Assembly: GCA_030324005.1 (NCBI GenBank)
Contig: JARDVH010000031.1
Location: 57,083,869-57,147,868 of the forward strand
DNA from: Negaprion brevirostris
Taxonomy: Eukaryota
Length of the DNA stretch: 64,000 bases
Direction of reading: 5' to 3'
Position numbers and translations under genes: made by a program. Shown here piece after piece: positions 63,291 through 64,000 of the stretch. Position 1 is the first letter of the stretch; each line of letters begins with the position of its first letter. The notes beneath the pieces are model-generated. The model saw nothing but the letters and a program-made list of their open reading frames with translations, searched no databases and was not told the DNA's origin.

Positions 63291-64000
63291 AATTATGCTG
63301 ATGGCTTGCCCAATTGAAGTCTCCATTGCAAGTGCCAGAGTTTTTGCCAAGTGCAAAATCGTGAACAGTTGAACCATGCTTGAAGTAGCATAATAGCAGG
63401 TGATTACTTTTCCTGTAGGTGGCAGCGTTATGTCATCACATAGCCCTGCACAAGTGGCAATTCCAGCAAAGGTGTCTTTATGAACCAATGTGACTTTGAT
63501 TTTTTTATCAGCCCCCAATGGATAGCAGCAACAGGAATGCATCGCGTCCTTAATGTAGTAAAACACCAGGAGATACATTGTAGGGTAGCATCTTTATATC
63601 TCTTACAGAGAAGTATTAGCAAACAAAATTTGACACTGGTCCTCATAAAGAGGTATTAATACAGGTAACCAAAAACTTGATCAAAGAGCTAGGTTTTAAG
63701 GACTATCTTCAGGGGCAAGAGAGTTAACGAGGCAGAGAGGTTTAAGAAGAAAATCCCATAGCCAACTACCTCGGCAGCTGAAGCAGAGTAAAATTAATCG
63801 GGGATGCACAAACTCATGAAATCTGTACCTTTTTTATTGCTGAAAAGGGGAAGTTAACCTCCTGATTTTCTTGTGTCATGTGTTCAACACATACCACGAC
63901 TACTGCTTTACTGCCATTACTCACTGAATCAGCTTGTCCTTTCCCTTCAATGTTGCTGCATTCCTCAGTCAGTGTTCACCTTCTTCTGAGAAGAGGCATT

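Overview
Eukaryotic, repeat-rich draft scaffold with many N gaps, most likely from a cartilaginous fish (shark), judged by abundant HE1-type tRNA SINEs and HER1/CR1-like LINEs. The only intact gene is B3GALT1 (single coding exon, 11274-12254, +). It has a splice acceptor at 11087, a uORF-packed leader and a long repeat-free 3' region. On the minus strand, 22 kb downstream, lies a diverged copy of the STK39/SPAK terminal exon (34740-34822), matching the vertebrate tail-to-tail B3GALT1-STK39 synteny but with a rewritten C-terminus; candidate upstream exons lie at ~36.1 kb and ~41.7 kb. The rest is decayed CR1, L2, RTE, Rex1/Babar and Tx1-like LINEs, two tail-types of HE1 SINE, Deu-domain SINEs and a PIF/Harbinger system (decayed transposase, Myb/SANT remnants, many GC-rich MITEs with 3-bp TSDs). 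The most unusual signal is a ~310-bp minus-strand retroposon (50524-50836) that begins at U2 snRNA +1, leaves U2 after nt 37, carries a second U2 5' copy and ends in an A-tail, next to a Tx1-like LINE 3' end. All homologies were judged by eye from remembered sequences; no searches were run and repeat boundaries are approximate.
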